64,000 bases of DNA, from NCBI RefSeq assembly GCF_006345805.1, contig NW_021833016.1, positions 28,254-92,253 on the forward strand, read 5' to 3'. Within the stretch, counting starts at the first letter, position 1. Each line of letters begins with the position of its first letter. The DNA is from Octopus sinensis. Its lineage: Eukaryota. The position numbers and the translations under genes were made by a program. This document shows, in pieces, positions 1-13,092 of this stretch. Below the pieces are notes generated by a model that was given only the letters and a program-made list of their open reading frames with translations, was not told where the DNA came from and searched no databases.

Positions 1-1130
1 ATTAATAGGCCCTCTTGTTTGTCCCTCTTAAAGGTTACTATTCCGGGACCTCGGTGCTCTAAAATCTTGCTTGTCTGGAAATCAATGTCCCAGAGGATTT
101 TTGCCTTCCCTTATTCGTCCATTACTTTTTCCGGTGTATGCACCTATTACCTCGTATCCACACTTCCGGCATAGTAGCCAATGGCGGTTTTGATGTTCCT
201 TGTCGTGTTTGTGCTTGTACTGTTTCTGAACAAGATTTTCACAAGCACTAACAATGTGAGTCACGCTTTCGACCCTCTTCCCGCACATTCTGCAGATGTC
301 CATTGCACTTGTGTGATCTATATCAATTTTCACTGAGTTGATATTCAATGCCTGATCCTGGGTAGCTATAATTGGGCTTTCAGTTTCTTTTTTAGGTCAC
401 TCTTGCTGAGCCACCTCCATGATGCTTCTTGGTCTTTTAAGTAGTTAGTTCGATAGTGGAACTGTAATTCCATGCGGTATAGGGTTCCTTTTCTCTATCG
501 TTGGCCGTTCGTGATTGGAATTCATGAGCGCTCTTAAGCCCATTTTTGGTAAATCCTTCTGCATTAGCAGCATAGTGTAGCAAGTCTTGTTTTTATTTAC
601 AAAGTATTTCTGCCATGGTACTTATTTTCACTTTGGTGCACTCATCCCACATTTACTTTTACACCTCTTCGCGTACAGCCTCTGTATATTCGCTTTAGGT
701 TGGAGGACACCATGCATTATCATTGTTTTCGGGGAGTGTGATCGAGTTTGTGAATCTCCGCTTGTGTCTATCTCAGGATGGTAGCACTTTAGCGGACTAC
801 AGCAATTGCCCATATGTCAATGGCAGTCACAAGTTTCCTTGAGCTGAGTTTTGATTTCAAAAGAAGTTTGAGGTGCTTCGAATATGTAGTGATGATTTTG
901 TCTTTTATTTCTCTGTGCAAGATATTGTCCAGCACCAGGATCCCAAGGTACTTGAACCCATCATCAATTGGGTATTCAATTCTCTCTCCTTTGGGCAATC
1001 CTATGCCCCTACAATCTCTCTTTTCTCTCGTTTCTAAGTGAGCACTGCAAACTTCGAGATGCTGAATGTCATCCCTATATCCTTGCTGAACATCTGCAGT
1101 CTCAACCAGCCTCTCTCTTTCAGGCTCTGT
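1..1130 (-). mobile_element. Degenerate RLE-type (R4-like) non-LTR retrotransposon fragment: RT C-terminal part and CCHC knuckle
   Basis: Minus ORFs 82-348 (CRMCGKRVESVTHIVSAC, a CCHC knuckle) and 789-998 (FKYLGIL, late RT); DIGMTFSISK near 1050-1090; many stops and frameshifts. Confidence 0.75.
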
Positions 1131-2238
1131 TTTTGCGAACAGCCTGGAAATCTAGAGTCAATAAAATCTTGGAAGACCTGTTTTACAGCATCGTGGGAAT
1201 TATTTTTTTTTCCTATCAAAAAGTTAATCAAATTCTGGAAGAAGTGGTAGTCAGTGGGGGCAACATCAGATGAGTATGGAGGATGATGGAGACCTTCCAA
1301 CTCCAAATCCAGTAGTTTCGGCAATGTCATTTTTGTGATGTGTGGTCTGGCGTTGTCCTGCAATAAAACAGAAGTGGATCTGTTGACTAATTTATGCTGT
1401 TTTTTATAAGTTTCTGCATCATTTGGTCCAGTTGGCTGCAGTATAGTTTGGCTGTGATTGATAAGCCAGGTTTAATAATATCATAATAAATGACATCTGC
1501 GCCAGACCACCAAACACACACCATTAGCTTGATGGATTTTACTTTTTGGAGTCTGTTTTGGTGGCTCGTCTTTGTTCAACCATTGTACTGAATCTTTACG
1601 GCTGTTCTATTGGATCCATTTCCCATCACATGTTACAGTTCGATTCAAAAATTATTCATTTTTCTAACGAGCAAGTAACATAATGTAGGCTTCCAAACGT
1701 TGCTGTTTCAGATTTTCATTGAGTTCATGTGGAACCCACTTATCCATCTTTCTCACTTTACCGATTTGAAATAGCTGACTCAATAGTGTTTGCTTGCTAA
1801 CACCAAATAACAACGATAATTTGCGGGCACTTTGAGAAGGATCTGGCTTTCAGTTCTTCATTATCCACCATCGTTTCTGGTCGACCATGTTGCTCATTTG
1901 TGAGAATGAAATTTTGCAAACCAATTTGTTACTGTCTGCTGTGTAATAACATTAGAATGAAATACTCCATTAATATTCCGAGCCGTCTGTGATGCTGTAT
2001 TTCCAAGAAAAACTCATATTTCAAAACTACGAATTTCCGACTTATCCATCTCTAAACAAAGATAGCAAAAACGATTTATAAATACTTTATAAAGCGCAAA
2101 ATGAGTTAGAATAAAGGAATAGATGTGTCAGCTTTCTTACAAAAAATAAAGGTTGTAAAAATATGATAATAGCGCAAAATGATCAGCTGTCAAAAGTTAC
2201 TACATACCTTATTACAAATTTCATACTTCACGACCTAC
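1130..2238 (-). mobile_element. Degenerate mariner transposon, 3' end lost
   Basis: ORF 1034-1363 carries QDNARPH and HPPYSSDVAPTDYHFF (mariner DD34D region). ATGGATAAGTCGGAAATT (MDKSEI) starts at about 2048. TIR-like TAGTAGGTCGTGAAGTATGAAAT near 2215-2238. Confidence 0.75.
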
Positions 2239-4505
2239 TATTTGTGAAAGTTGGCTCCAAGTCTCACCCAGATACCTCAAAAGACAACAGGTTACGAGTT
2301 CATGTTGGTGTCATGCCTAGGGTGTCATATAATATTGTAATTGAGAATGTTTAAAAAAACATATGACAGTTATGAATCTGTTTTAAAGTTTGAGATTGAT
2401 TTTACGTACGATATGGGCAGATCCCATGAGCATTACCCTTTGAATTTCTGCCATTTTGGTATCTGAGCTAGGTAAGACTCAGTCCCTTTTACTATCATTC
2501 TTAGGGCACCTATGATAACAGGTATTGCACAATTTGTTGTAGATCTTGACAGATACAATTATGTCAATTGGGACAGTCATATCAATGAGGAAGCTTGATT
2601 TTTGCCAGAAGTCTTTCAATATAATGTCTGGCCTTGAACGGTGAAGTTCAAGAGAAGTGAGATGTGATCATTTTCAAGCACTGGAGGTGGTTTGTCGTCC
2701 CACCAGTTATTTTATCATGTGGTAGGTCCAGGTTTTTGCAAATTACCCAGTGAATATATTGTGCTGCTCTCTCATATCTGTTGAGATACGCTGTAGGCGC
2801 AGGAAGACTGCACATGGAGACAACATGGTCAACTGTTACATTTTTTGCTGACATACACGACATGTTGAGCTACTGCCGTTCTTTAACATGTTGGCCTGGT
2901 ATTTTCTTGTAGGTAGGCATTGATGTTGGGCCGCTATCATAAACTCTTCCGTTTCTGGTTTTAAGCACAAAAACACTAACCATTGATGGGCAAGGGCTTT
3001 GTCAACATCGGCACTAATAGCTCTCTTTGGGTATTTGCCATTAAGAGGTTTTTCTTGCTATTTATCAGTAAGAATATCTAGGGCAGCAGTTTAGTACGGG
3101 TTTTCATACGCTTAGCTTTTTCTGTGCGTGTTTCTAGTACATCTAATTCTGGAATTTGTTGTATTTGGAAATCACTTAGATATTACTTCACCTGTTTTGT
3201 TACTGAGTATGATGCTTACTTACTTCATACTTTGAGACAAGTTTTAACATCCAGTCCTCAGAGTTTTTCAAGTAGTTGTCTAGGCCAATTGTGGCAATAT
3301 TCATTATTAATTCCAGTTATATGAGTCCACGGCCATCCTCTTTTATTGACAGGTAAATTCCTTCTATATCTGCCTTTGTGTGGTGCATTCTATACAATGT
3401 TAAGAATTTTCGTGTTTTCTTTCAAGTTTACATATTTCAGTAATTGACCAGTTATTAATATTGAAACTGGTATTTGTAGCTCTACGCCGCTTCTAACTCC
3501 TTTATGATATTCAGCTGGTCAAGATTAACTTTGGATGTTTCTGTCAATTTTGCTTTGATAAAGGTAGCTTTTGCACATTTCTCGAAGACAAATTGCATTC
3601 TGATGTCATCACTGAACTGAATTGTTTAACAATCGCTAGTAAGACCTCTAGTTGTGGTCATTTCCTTTTCTTGCAATGAGCTCTATATCGTCCATGTAAA
3701 TGAGATGATTTATAATTTTCTAAATATAATTTTCTAAGCATAATTTTATCAAACATTTTATAGCCGTATTGTACATCATCGCGCAATTTCGAGAGAGGCA
3801 TTAAGAGAAAAGGCTAGAGAAAAGAGGAGTGGTGATAGTGAGTCACTCTAGAAAATGCCACATGAAATTCTTATATCTCCAGCATTAAGAGATTCATTGT
3901 CACTGTTCAAAATCAGTGTGGTTCTCCATGATCTCATACTTACAAACAAGAGGTTTATCAGAGTAGGTGCTAATTTATACATTTCCAGACATTCCTTAAT
4001 CCACCTACGCGGTAGACAATCAAAATCTTTTTTATTGTCTGCCCAGGCTATCGAGAATTTTTGTGTCGTTAGTTACAATCTTCCAAGATCATCTTATTGG
4101 CGATTCGCTGATCTTTACAACCATAGGACCCACGCACATCCTTTTTGCTCATTATGCAATATGCCATTTTCTATTAAGAAACTATAGGTATATTCAGTCA
4201 AATCGGATGTTAGTATTTTAGACATTGTTGTTAAGCAGGTTATGGATGTATAATATTTGGGTTTATTTGTTTACACTCTCTTTACTCTTTTACTTGTTTA
4301 AGTCATTTTGACTGTGGCCATGCTGGAGTACCGCCTTTGGTCGAGCAAATCGACCCCAGGGCTTATTCTTTTTTAAGCCAAGTACTTATTCTATCGGTCT
4401 CTTTTACCGAACCGAGCAAGTTATGGGACGTAAACACACCAGCATCGGTTGTCAAGTGATGTTGGGGGGACAAAAACAGACACAGAAACATATACGCACA
4501 CATAC

Positions 4506-4560
<55 letters not shown>

Positions 4561-5269
4561 ATATATATAATATATATATATATATATTATATATATATAT
4601 ATTAAAAAAGGAGATGTGGAACACCCGTTGTGATATATAAAAAAGGAAATGAAGAAAATGCTGACAAAATAATATAAGTAATTTAAGTAATTTAATTAGG
4701 TGAAAGTTCTTTTTACCGGTTGCGCATTTGTTATGCTTATCAAATTTTTTTAAAGAGAGATAGAGTTCCTTTCTGATGGATTTTTTCCTCTTATCTGACT
4801 TTATGTTGGGTTTGCTGTCTCGTATATGTGAAAAAAGAGGCTCCAGAGTTGTTTAAGATTTGCTTGGTTTCGTGCCTAAAATTTTTTGTGGACAATGTTC
4901 AATACAATTTTGATTGGTCATTATGAAGGGGTCATGTGAATGTTTGAATGGAAATTGGTGTTGGGGTAAGAAAAAAGGCTCCAGAGAAGTTAAAATTTGG
5001 CTAGTGTCGCGCCTAAAATTTCTCATTGGTCATAATAAAGAGGTCACGTGGATGTGGTCATAATAGAGAGGTCACGTGAATGTTTAGAATTTTCGAAAAT
5101 AGCGTTGTTGAAAATTCTTATTGTTCAGGCTGGTCAGTAGACGTCATGTGGATATTTTAAATAGCTTTTTAGCGCGTAGTTAGGGAGTGTATTTTCCGTT
5201 TGACTGAATTTGAGCTGGATAAGTAAGTTCGTTTAGGATAGGAAGAGCTATATGTATGTACGTGTGCGT

Positions 5270-5321
<52 letters not shown>

Positions 5322-5604
5322 ATATGTATGTTGGGGCGCGCGCGCGTGTATATATGTGTGCGTGTGTGGGTACAATTTTCAATATTTATAGTTCTGCTGG
5401 CCTTGTGCCTGTATCGGGAAGCAACGTGTTTGTGTGAAGTCAATATTTACAGTCATTTCCAAAAATAGTGTTGGATGTTTTGCACTCGTATCCAGTTATG
5501 TGTATGTGTGGAACCATATATTTGCGTGTGTCATGGTGTTAATATCTGGGTAAAAGTGTGTGTAGGGTATGTGCAGGTGTAAGTGTGTTTGTTGTGGGTT
5601 CGTG

Positions 5605-6020
5605 TTAGGGGGATGTGTTTAGAAGTGGTCTGTATTTATTAATAAGGTGGGATTCCATGGTTATTCGCTGGGTATGAGTGGCATTGTCTTTAAATTTGTA
5701 GAGGGGAAAGATTCTAAAATTGGGATGAAGTTGTGCGGCACAGGTATCAATATGTGCACTAAGTGCTATTTTTCTGTATTCCTGTATTTTTATTTGGGAT
5801 CTGTGGACAGTCATGCGTTGGCGGAGGCTATTTTTAGTTTGGCCTATGTAGTTTTCATTACAGCCCGAGCAAGTTAAGACATATACTAGGTTTTCTGATG
5901 CGCATGTGAAGTTGTGTTTTACTGTGAAACGTTGTCCTTGTTTAAAAAAGAATTCCGGACCTTCTATTAGGTTGATGCATATACCACAATTGGGTCTATT
6001 GCATTTGTTTACTGTGGGTT
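5605..6020 (-). pseudogene. GIY-YIG endonuclease of the Penelope-like element, frameshifted from the RT near 6020
   Basis: Manual translation: KCNRPNCGIC...ENLVYVLTCSGCNENYIGQTKNSLRQRMTVH...MESHLINKYRPLLN. Confidence 0.85.
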
Positions 6021-7000
6021 TAGTTGTTGTGGTTGGCAGTATTTGACATTTGTTAAGATGGTTTTCAATGATTTGGGTCGCCTTTTGCTCTTTATGATTT
6101 CGTGTGTTAGGAGGATTTGGTTCATTCTATGGTCCTTTTTTAACAGAGGAATGTTCTGGAGGATGGTGTCAAAAGCTTCATTGTTGAGGGGGTTATGTGT
6201 AGAGATGTATGGTAGAGTATGGGGTTTCGATATAACAGGTTTAGGGTGTCTAAGTTCCTGTGTGCTGAGTTTTAGGGCGCGTTGGATCCCATTGTCAATT
6301 AGTGACGTGGGGTAATACCTGCTTGTTAATGTGTCCTTGAGTTCTTGTAGACGTAAGAGACGGGTGTTTTTATTGGAGACTATAGTGCAAATTCTCTTGG
6401 CTAAGTTGTAGGGAATGTTAATTTTAACGTGTCTAGGGTGGCATGAATTGAAAGGGAGGTATTGCTTGGAGTCTGTGGGCTTGTAGTATATGTCTGTTTC
6501 TATTTTTTTGTTGTGAATTTTAATGAGGATGTCGAGGAAGTGAATTTGTTGAGGGCTGTATTCCATTGTGAAAATAATGTTTGTGTTGAGCCCATTTATA
6601 AGGATGTGAAATTCTTTAAGCTTCTCGACGGTTTCGGACCAAAGGATGAAGCAGTCATCAAGATATCTCTTCCAGTTCTTCTCTATGTGTGTGTGAAGAG
6701 TGGTGCCAAATTGGTTAAGAACGTTATTATAGAGGGTGATTTCCAGGTATCCCATGACTAGGTTGGTGTAAGTGGGAGCTGTTTTCGTTCCCATTGCCGT
6801 CCCTGATTTCTGTCTGTAGAATTTGTTGTTGAAGGTGAATAAATTATTCTCTAAGATGAATTTGAGTCCTTCTAAAATAAATTCCTTTTTGATGCGGTGT
6901 GGGAGATCGTTGGAGTAATTATCCAGCCAGAATTGGATAGCTTCTATTCCTAGGTTGTGGGGGATGTTGGAGTAAAGATTAACTACATCTCTCTTAAAAA
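6009..7000 (-). pseudogene. Penelope-type reverse transcriptase, 5'-truncated
   Basis: DVVNLYSNIPH, QKSGTAMGTKTAP, WKRYLDDCF, FLDIL, YYKPTDSKQYL. The first 13 aa of the listed ORF come from the inverted repeat. Confidence 0.9.
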
Positions 7001-7101
7001 AATTTTGATAAGCATAACAAATGCGCAACCGGTAAAAAGAACTTCACCTAATTAAATTACTTAAATTACTTAAATTATTTTGTCAGCATTTTCTTCATTT
7101 C

Positions 7102-7197
<96 letters not shown>

Positions 7198-7989
7198 CGA
7201 CGGGCTTCTTTCAGTTTCTGTCTACTAAATCCATTCACAAGATTTTGATCGGCCCGAGGCTATTGTATAAGACACTTGCCCAAGGTGTCATGCAGTGGTA
7301 CTGAACCCGAAACCATGTGGTTGTTAAGCAAGCTACTTATCACAGAGCCACTCCTACACCTCATATTTTGGAAGTAGGAATGTAATACCAAGAGGGAATC
7401 ATAGTAGGTTGTTGCAAAACGTCGTTGTAAAGTTTTGTTGGCAGTTCATGGCTCCCTGGGAAGGCATTCAACAAGAAGTTAAGAATTTTATTCTTTCTTG
7501 GAGATTGCCATTTGCTTGAGTTCCTGAGAGATCTTACATCTTCTACCTTGATACCCTCCCACTTTTGCTCTTCTAAGGAGTCTAAGTCTGCAGATATTCT
7601 ATTAATACAGGGTGTTTTTCATTCTGTGTTTTTTTCTTCTGCCCAAATATTATTCCAAAATTTCTGCACTTCTTTTGATGGGTGAGACTTTACTGTAACT
7701 GGTATTTCCCCTTGTCTTCCTGTAAAAAGATTTGGGGGTATTTTTAAACATATTATTGTCCTTGAAGAATCTAACGCGCTTTTCATACCTTGCTATGCGG
7801 GCAGCTTTAGCACACACCTTTTGCTTGATGGTTTCTATGGTGGCATCAATGTCAAGAATGATTTTTATATTATATTTTTTCTTTAATTTTCCGGTTTCTG
7901 TAGGTTTGGTAGTTTTGTCAAACTTAAGGTTTTCCAAACATTCTATGTTAGACCTATATTGTGGTATTGATGTCAAATATAGTTTTCAT

Positions 7990-8615
7990 ATATATGAAAA
8001 CGATATTTGACATCGATACCACCATAGAAACTATCAAGTACAAGGTGTGTACTAAAGTTACTGGCATAGCAAAGTATCAAAAGCGCGTTAGGTCCCTCGA
8101 GCACAAAAATATGTTTTAAAATTTCTTAATCCAGTTATGTGGTAGTCTATCAAAAGCTGTTTTATAGTCAATCTAGGCTATTGACAAGTTTTGTGTCAAT
8201 TGTGACAATCTTCTAAGATCATCTTATTGATGAGTAGCTGGTCTTTACAACCATAGCATCCACGTTTACATCCTTTTTGCTCATTAGGGAATATGCCACT
8301 TTATATTAAAAGACTATAGGTATATTTAGTCAGGACAGATGTTAGCGTTTTATAAATTGTTGTTAAGCAGGTTATGTATCTCTAATATTTTGGTCCATTT
8401 GTTTGGTCCATTAACTAACCAAGAGGGAATCATACTAGGTTGTTGCAAAGCGTCATTGTAAAGTTCTGTTAGTAGTTCATGACTCTCTGCGAAGGTATTC
8501 AACCTGAAGTTAGGAAGTTTATCCTTTCCTGGAGACTGCCATTTGTTTGACTTCTCGAGAGCAGATCTTACATCTTCTACCTTATACCCTCCCACTTTTG
8601 CTCCTTAGGTTTTGA
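7990..8615. mobile_element. Further family-B Dong-like fragments: 7990-8125 on +, 8130-8615 on -
   Basis: 8130-8190 reads as a degenerate AWIDYKKAFD-type RT motif (IDYKTAFDRLPHNWIK) on minus; 7990-8125 is a diverged inverted homologue of 7740-7870. Confidence 0.65.
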
Positions 8616-9460
8616 AACTTCACTGTTATCAGACCAGCTGTTATGAAATTACCCCCCATTGTTTATAATAATATATAGTGTGATTTGTGGGAAATATAGC
8701 TGTTATATCTAGCAATTCGAATGATTAAATAGAGATACTGTTGTTACAACACTTCGTGAGCTATAATAACTAGCGGAATATATTTTGCATATATATTTAA
8801 AAGAAGGGTGGAATTCAAAATAGTTTTATCTGCATTTGAGTTATTGGATCTAAGTGACTTAGATGACATTGCTATTGCAGTTAGAAGGGCTAAGAATGGA
8901 GATGAATTAACCCTTTTGAAACACTTCAGTCGACAGTTAAAGATTCCTTAAAATCCAGTCGTCTTGTATGCAACGACGAACGATTTGTTAAGAATCTCTC
9001 AATCAATGTGATTATTGGAAGGCTGAAGTTTTTAAATGACCATCTCTTTACTGGAATTTTCACAATCAGCTATAGTTAGAAATTATACAAGACATCAAAT
9101 CTACAATATGGTTTATAACGAAATTGGTGTGTCATGTGCGAAATAAGGTCTCTTATAAATGTGATCCTTAGGAATCACTGAGTGACGGAAAAATTTCATG
9201 GAAATAAAGAAGGGACTATTTTACAATAAAATTAGGGATGCTTGAGATAAGAGCAACAGTCGGATTTTTTTTAAGTTAAAAGGTTTGTTTTGCTAAGCTT
9301 TAATGATGCAGTAGTCTGTTTCTATACACGTTCATAAAAAAGTAAGCAGTACCAAATTAGATGAGTTTAGCCCCAGCTCTCAAACATACAATTCTAATGT
9401 TGGGGGTTAGAATACCATCTTGTTATATTTTGATGAATAAAGCAACTGTCAGTGCTGGTG

Positions 9461-10749
9461 CAAGGGACGTTTATAAGTAATGCCTCTGACGCACTTGCAG
9501 TTGTTTGATCAAGCTGAAATTTTGCAGGTGCAATTATTTGTATCTCTATAGATGAGGCGGCAAATTACAGCTCTGAACTAATTGTGATTTCTGATTTACA
9601 GGTGTTTGAACAGAGTCAAGTGTGAAATGGAGCCTGTTGAGTGTCGAGCAGTGATCCGGTTTTTGTATTTGAAATGACGCACACCACGGGAGACTTTTGA
9701 TGAAATGAAAGTAATTATGGTGATGATGCCCCATCATATGACCTTGTAAAACGCTGGCATCGTGAATTCACACATGGTCGGAACTCTGTGGAAACAGCTC
9801 CCAGATCTGGTCGCCCCCTTCTGCCACTGATGAGGCACCTGTCCGTCAAGTTGAGGCTGCCGTCTTGGAAGATCGACGCATAACTATTCGCCAAATAGCC
9901 CATGAGGTCAAGATTAGTACCGGGTCTGTGGAAACTATCATTCATGACCATTTGCATATGCAAACGGTGTCTGCCAGATGGATTCCGAGGTTGCTCATGC
10001 CTTTCCAGAAGCAAGAACGCGTCGAGTGCTCGAGGGTGAATTTGGAGATGTGCCAAGAAGATGAGTCAAACTTTTTCAAAAGTCTGATTACACATGATGA
10101 AACCTGGGTCCATCACGATGATCCAGAGACCAAAGCCCAGTCAATGCAGTGGAAGCACCGTGACTCACCCTCTCCAAAAAAGGCATGGGTGCAGCCCTCC
10201 GCTGGCAAGGTCATGCTCACAGTCCTCTGGGTCCAGGACGGAGTAGTGATGACAGATTTCCTGGCGAAGGGTACCACAATTGCAAGAGCCTATTATTCTT
10301 CACTTTTGAGGAAATTAAGAGAAGTTATCAAAATCAAGAGGCGGGGCAAGATCAGCAAAGGCATCCTCCTCCTGCAGGACAACGCTCTGGTCCACAACTC
10401 GCGTGTCGCCAGATCAGAAGCACAGGCGTGCGGCTATGAACTCATCCCCCATCCCCTTACTCTCCTGACCTTGCACCCTCTGATTTTCCCCTCTTCCCAG
10501 CCATGAAGTTGTTTTTGAAAGGAAAACGTTTCTCAGATGATGCAGATTTGTTTTCTGAAGTCACGTCATGGTTGAAGGACCAAGCTGGGGTCTTCTACAA
10601 AAACCGTCTTCAGAGCTGCATCAAACAATGGGAGAACTGTATACCTCTGGGTGGTTCCTATGTAGAAAAAGACTAATAACTGTGCCAAGTTTCGTTGCTC
10701 TACTGCTATGGGAAGTGGGTCAGGGGCATTACTTATTGAACGCCCCTCG
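9461..10749 (+). mobile_element. Mariner transposon, full length but pseudogenised
   Basis: Right TIR ...TTACTTATTGAACGCCCCTCG followed by TA at 10750; degenerate left TIR at 9461. WIPRLL, HDETW and QDNA motifs with stop and frameshifts. Same family as 15031-16323. Confidence 0.92.
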
Positions 10750-11231
10750 TAACTATATTGACAGGAGATTGAGAGAGTGCTGAAGAAAAGGAAATTCTAG
10801 AAAGAGATATGTTGTGTATTCCAAAACGAAATTAGTAAGGAAATGTCTACCAATTCTACTTGTCAGTGTGCAGTTGTAAATTAGGCTCATTTGGGGCGCA
10901 ATGGGAAGGAGAAACAGTCAGATAATAGTTAGTAGCGTCCTGAAATTAACATAAGTCATTACTTTTCAAAATGATCTAACACATGAAATATATTTCTCTT
11001 GTCTTCCTAAAGCCGAATGTCCGACGTCAGCCGGCTATACTTACCAACCAGAATTGAGATTGTGTTATCAAATAGGCTCCACGATAACTTCATGGAATAA
11101 CGCTGCAGACAATTGCAATAAGGATCGAGGACGACTTATTCACATTAAAAATGATGAAGTAATGAACTATCTAAAAGCACAATTATCACGGAGTGAGCAA
11201 CATTTTACTATTTAATACACACATGCAACAC

Positions 11232-11307
<76 letters not shown>

Positions 11308-11317
11308 CATATATATA

Positions 11318-11373
<56 letters not shown>

Positions 11374-12598
11374 ATACAAATGTACACATGATATACCTCA
11401 TATCATAAACTATAACAGATTTAATGTCACTCAAAATTGCAATTTCCTCCCATTTTGCAAACAAAATTCCGTTTTCCTGCTAATGTTTCTCTGATTTGTA
11501 CACTATGTTCTGAGTGTTTCTCTTTTTGGGAATACATCAAATGTAATAATTTAATTTCATTTATTGTTTAAAGATTTATATTGTCATTTACTGCCAATGA
11601 GTTTACAAAAGAAAATGACTTTGCCAGTTAAGAATAACTTAAGTAATGATTTATTTTAGATTTTATACTGTTTGTTATACGTAAAAATTCGAATAGAGCG
11701 TTGAAACTAAGAAAATATATTTTTTATAAATCGTATTGTTATAAATAGTTAGAGAATTTAACGTATGAATTTTCTTTTGAATCAATCTTTTCGTTCTATG
11801 GAACATCTTTCGGACTACACCCTCTTCAGTATTAATAACGACAGTAGTATCATGTCGAGTTAGAGTATTGAGTTTCCCTATTACAGATACATTATTGACA
11901 ATATAAATACAGTCTCAACGAAATAATCCTCCTTTGAATTTTGATTTTGGTTTTTATCAATACAACATCAATGCTTGTAGGAGAATGCAAGAGTCGATTA
12001 AATTAATCAACGAATTCATAATAGTCATCCTTTTAAATTCCAATAACTTGAAAGGTTCAGTCTGTTTAGTTTTGAATTCATATGCAAACAGAAGAAATAG
12101 ATAATTTACTTGCTATATAGCCAGCATTAGACAATAATTTGCGGTTAATTTCATTTTATATACGAAGAACATGAAAACATAGTGTATTTTGAAATATTTC
12201 GTCACAGTTGCTGAAATGTTCTTGCCGCCAGAATCGACGAAGAGATTTCAGTATCTAGTTTACTGATGTACGTAACAAGAAATCAATTTAAATTAATATA
12301 TACGTTAGGTTATGTGATTACTTTGCCATAATTCAAAATTTTTCGCTAATTTTCCAGTACACTAAAATTACGGCGCACACAAGCAGGTCATATGTGGGTT
12401 CTAAGTGTGCTGCGACACAGTGAGGAAAAATATGTACACTGAATGAGCGTTCATCTTACAGAAGATGGGAGTCGACTGTTTCTCGAAATGCAGTGTATAG
12501 TCAAGTATACACCATGTAAACACAAATAAGACAGGATGTCATGAGTAATCTGAGCTAAATATCAACAATCACACCAGCAACAACAACAACAGCTAATG

Positions 12599-12649
<51 letters not shown>

Positions 12650-12762
12650 ACTACTACTACTACTACTACAAGACAATATATTTGCTCAAACATGTATCGA
12701 ATTATAACGAATGTCTTCAAGCTGATTATTAATCAAATTTTTTGTTTTCCGTTTGTTTTCAG

Positions 12763-12995
12763 CTGCGGCGCATTCAGGTCAGTATTATATTGGATCAAGT
12801 AGAGATCTTAACAAGAACGTCTTTGTATGGCAAACTGGAGAAGCACTAACATATTCTCGTTGGTTTTATCCTAATCCCTCTGGTGGAAATGAACACTGTG
12901 TTAGCCTTGTGCCAACCGCAGATTTCGGATGGAATGACATTCCTTGTCACAACTCGAACATAGGGTGGCAAATATGCGAGATAGTTGTTCTATAA
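12763..12995 (+). CDS. Terminal exon encoding the C-terminal half of a C-type lectin domain (perlucin-like)
   Basis: Polypyrimidine tract + CAG acceptor (AG 12761-12762), phase 1. YYIG...FVWQTGEALTYSRWFYPNPSGGNEHCV...WNDIPC...ICE, then TAA. Upstream exons not found in the window. Confidence 0.85.
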
Positions 12996-13043
12996 ATGTT
13001 TGGCAGAACGAAACGTAATTCCACACACACACACACACAAACG

Positions 13044-13092
<49 letters not shown>

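Larger units (their letters stand above)
4646..7102 (-). mobile_element. Penelope-like element (5'-truncated RT + GIY-YIG) with inverted terminal pseudo-LTR segment
   Basis: RT and endonuclease ORFs inside; 4646-4760 and about 6985-7102 are near-identical inverted repeats; (TA)n on both sides. Confidence 0.9.
4272..7360 (-). mobile_element. tRNA-derived SINE split in two (4272-4500 and 7198-7360) by an insertion in its internal (TA)n
   Basis: Both halves match the contiguous copies at 37251-37602 and 62688-63041. The minus-strand head has box-A-like and box-B-like (GGTTCAG) motifs; tail of AAAGAGT repeats. Confidence 0.8.
2240..8010 (-). mobile_element. R4/Dong-like element, family B, degenerate; split into 2240-4271 and 7361-8010 by a nested SINE and Penelope insertion
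   Basis: The 3'UTR at 2240-2345 is the reverse complement of the family-B 3'UTR at 44760-44860. CCHC/RLE remnants in ORF 2648-2863. Sequence at 4250-4271 continues at 7361 as in the uninterrupted copies at 8380-8430 and 63420-63490. Confidence 0.8.

Noticed and set aside
5605-7000. Selenocysteine (in-frame TGA) recoding as in some Penelope clades
   Set aside because: The conserved Cys positions here are ordinary TGC/TGT, and the RT-EN break is a frameshift.
8810-8955. Short open frame KIVLSAFELLDLSDLDDIAIAV
   Set aside because: It has only a vague resemblance to an RT YADD region, with no supporting motifs or splice sites.
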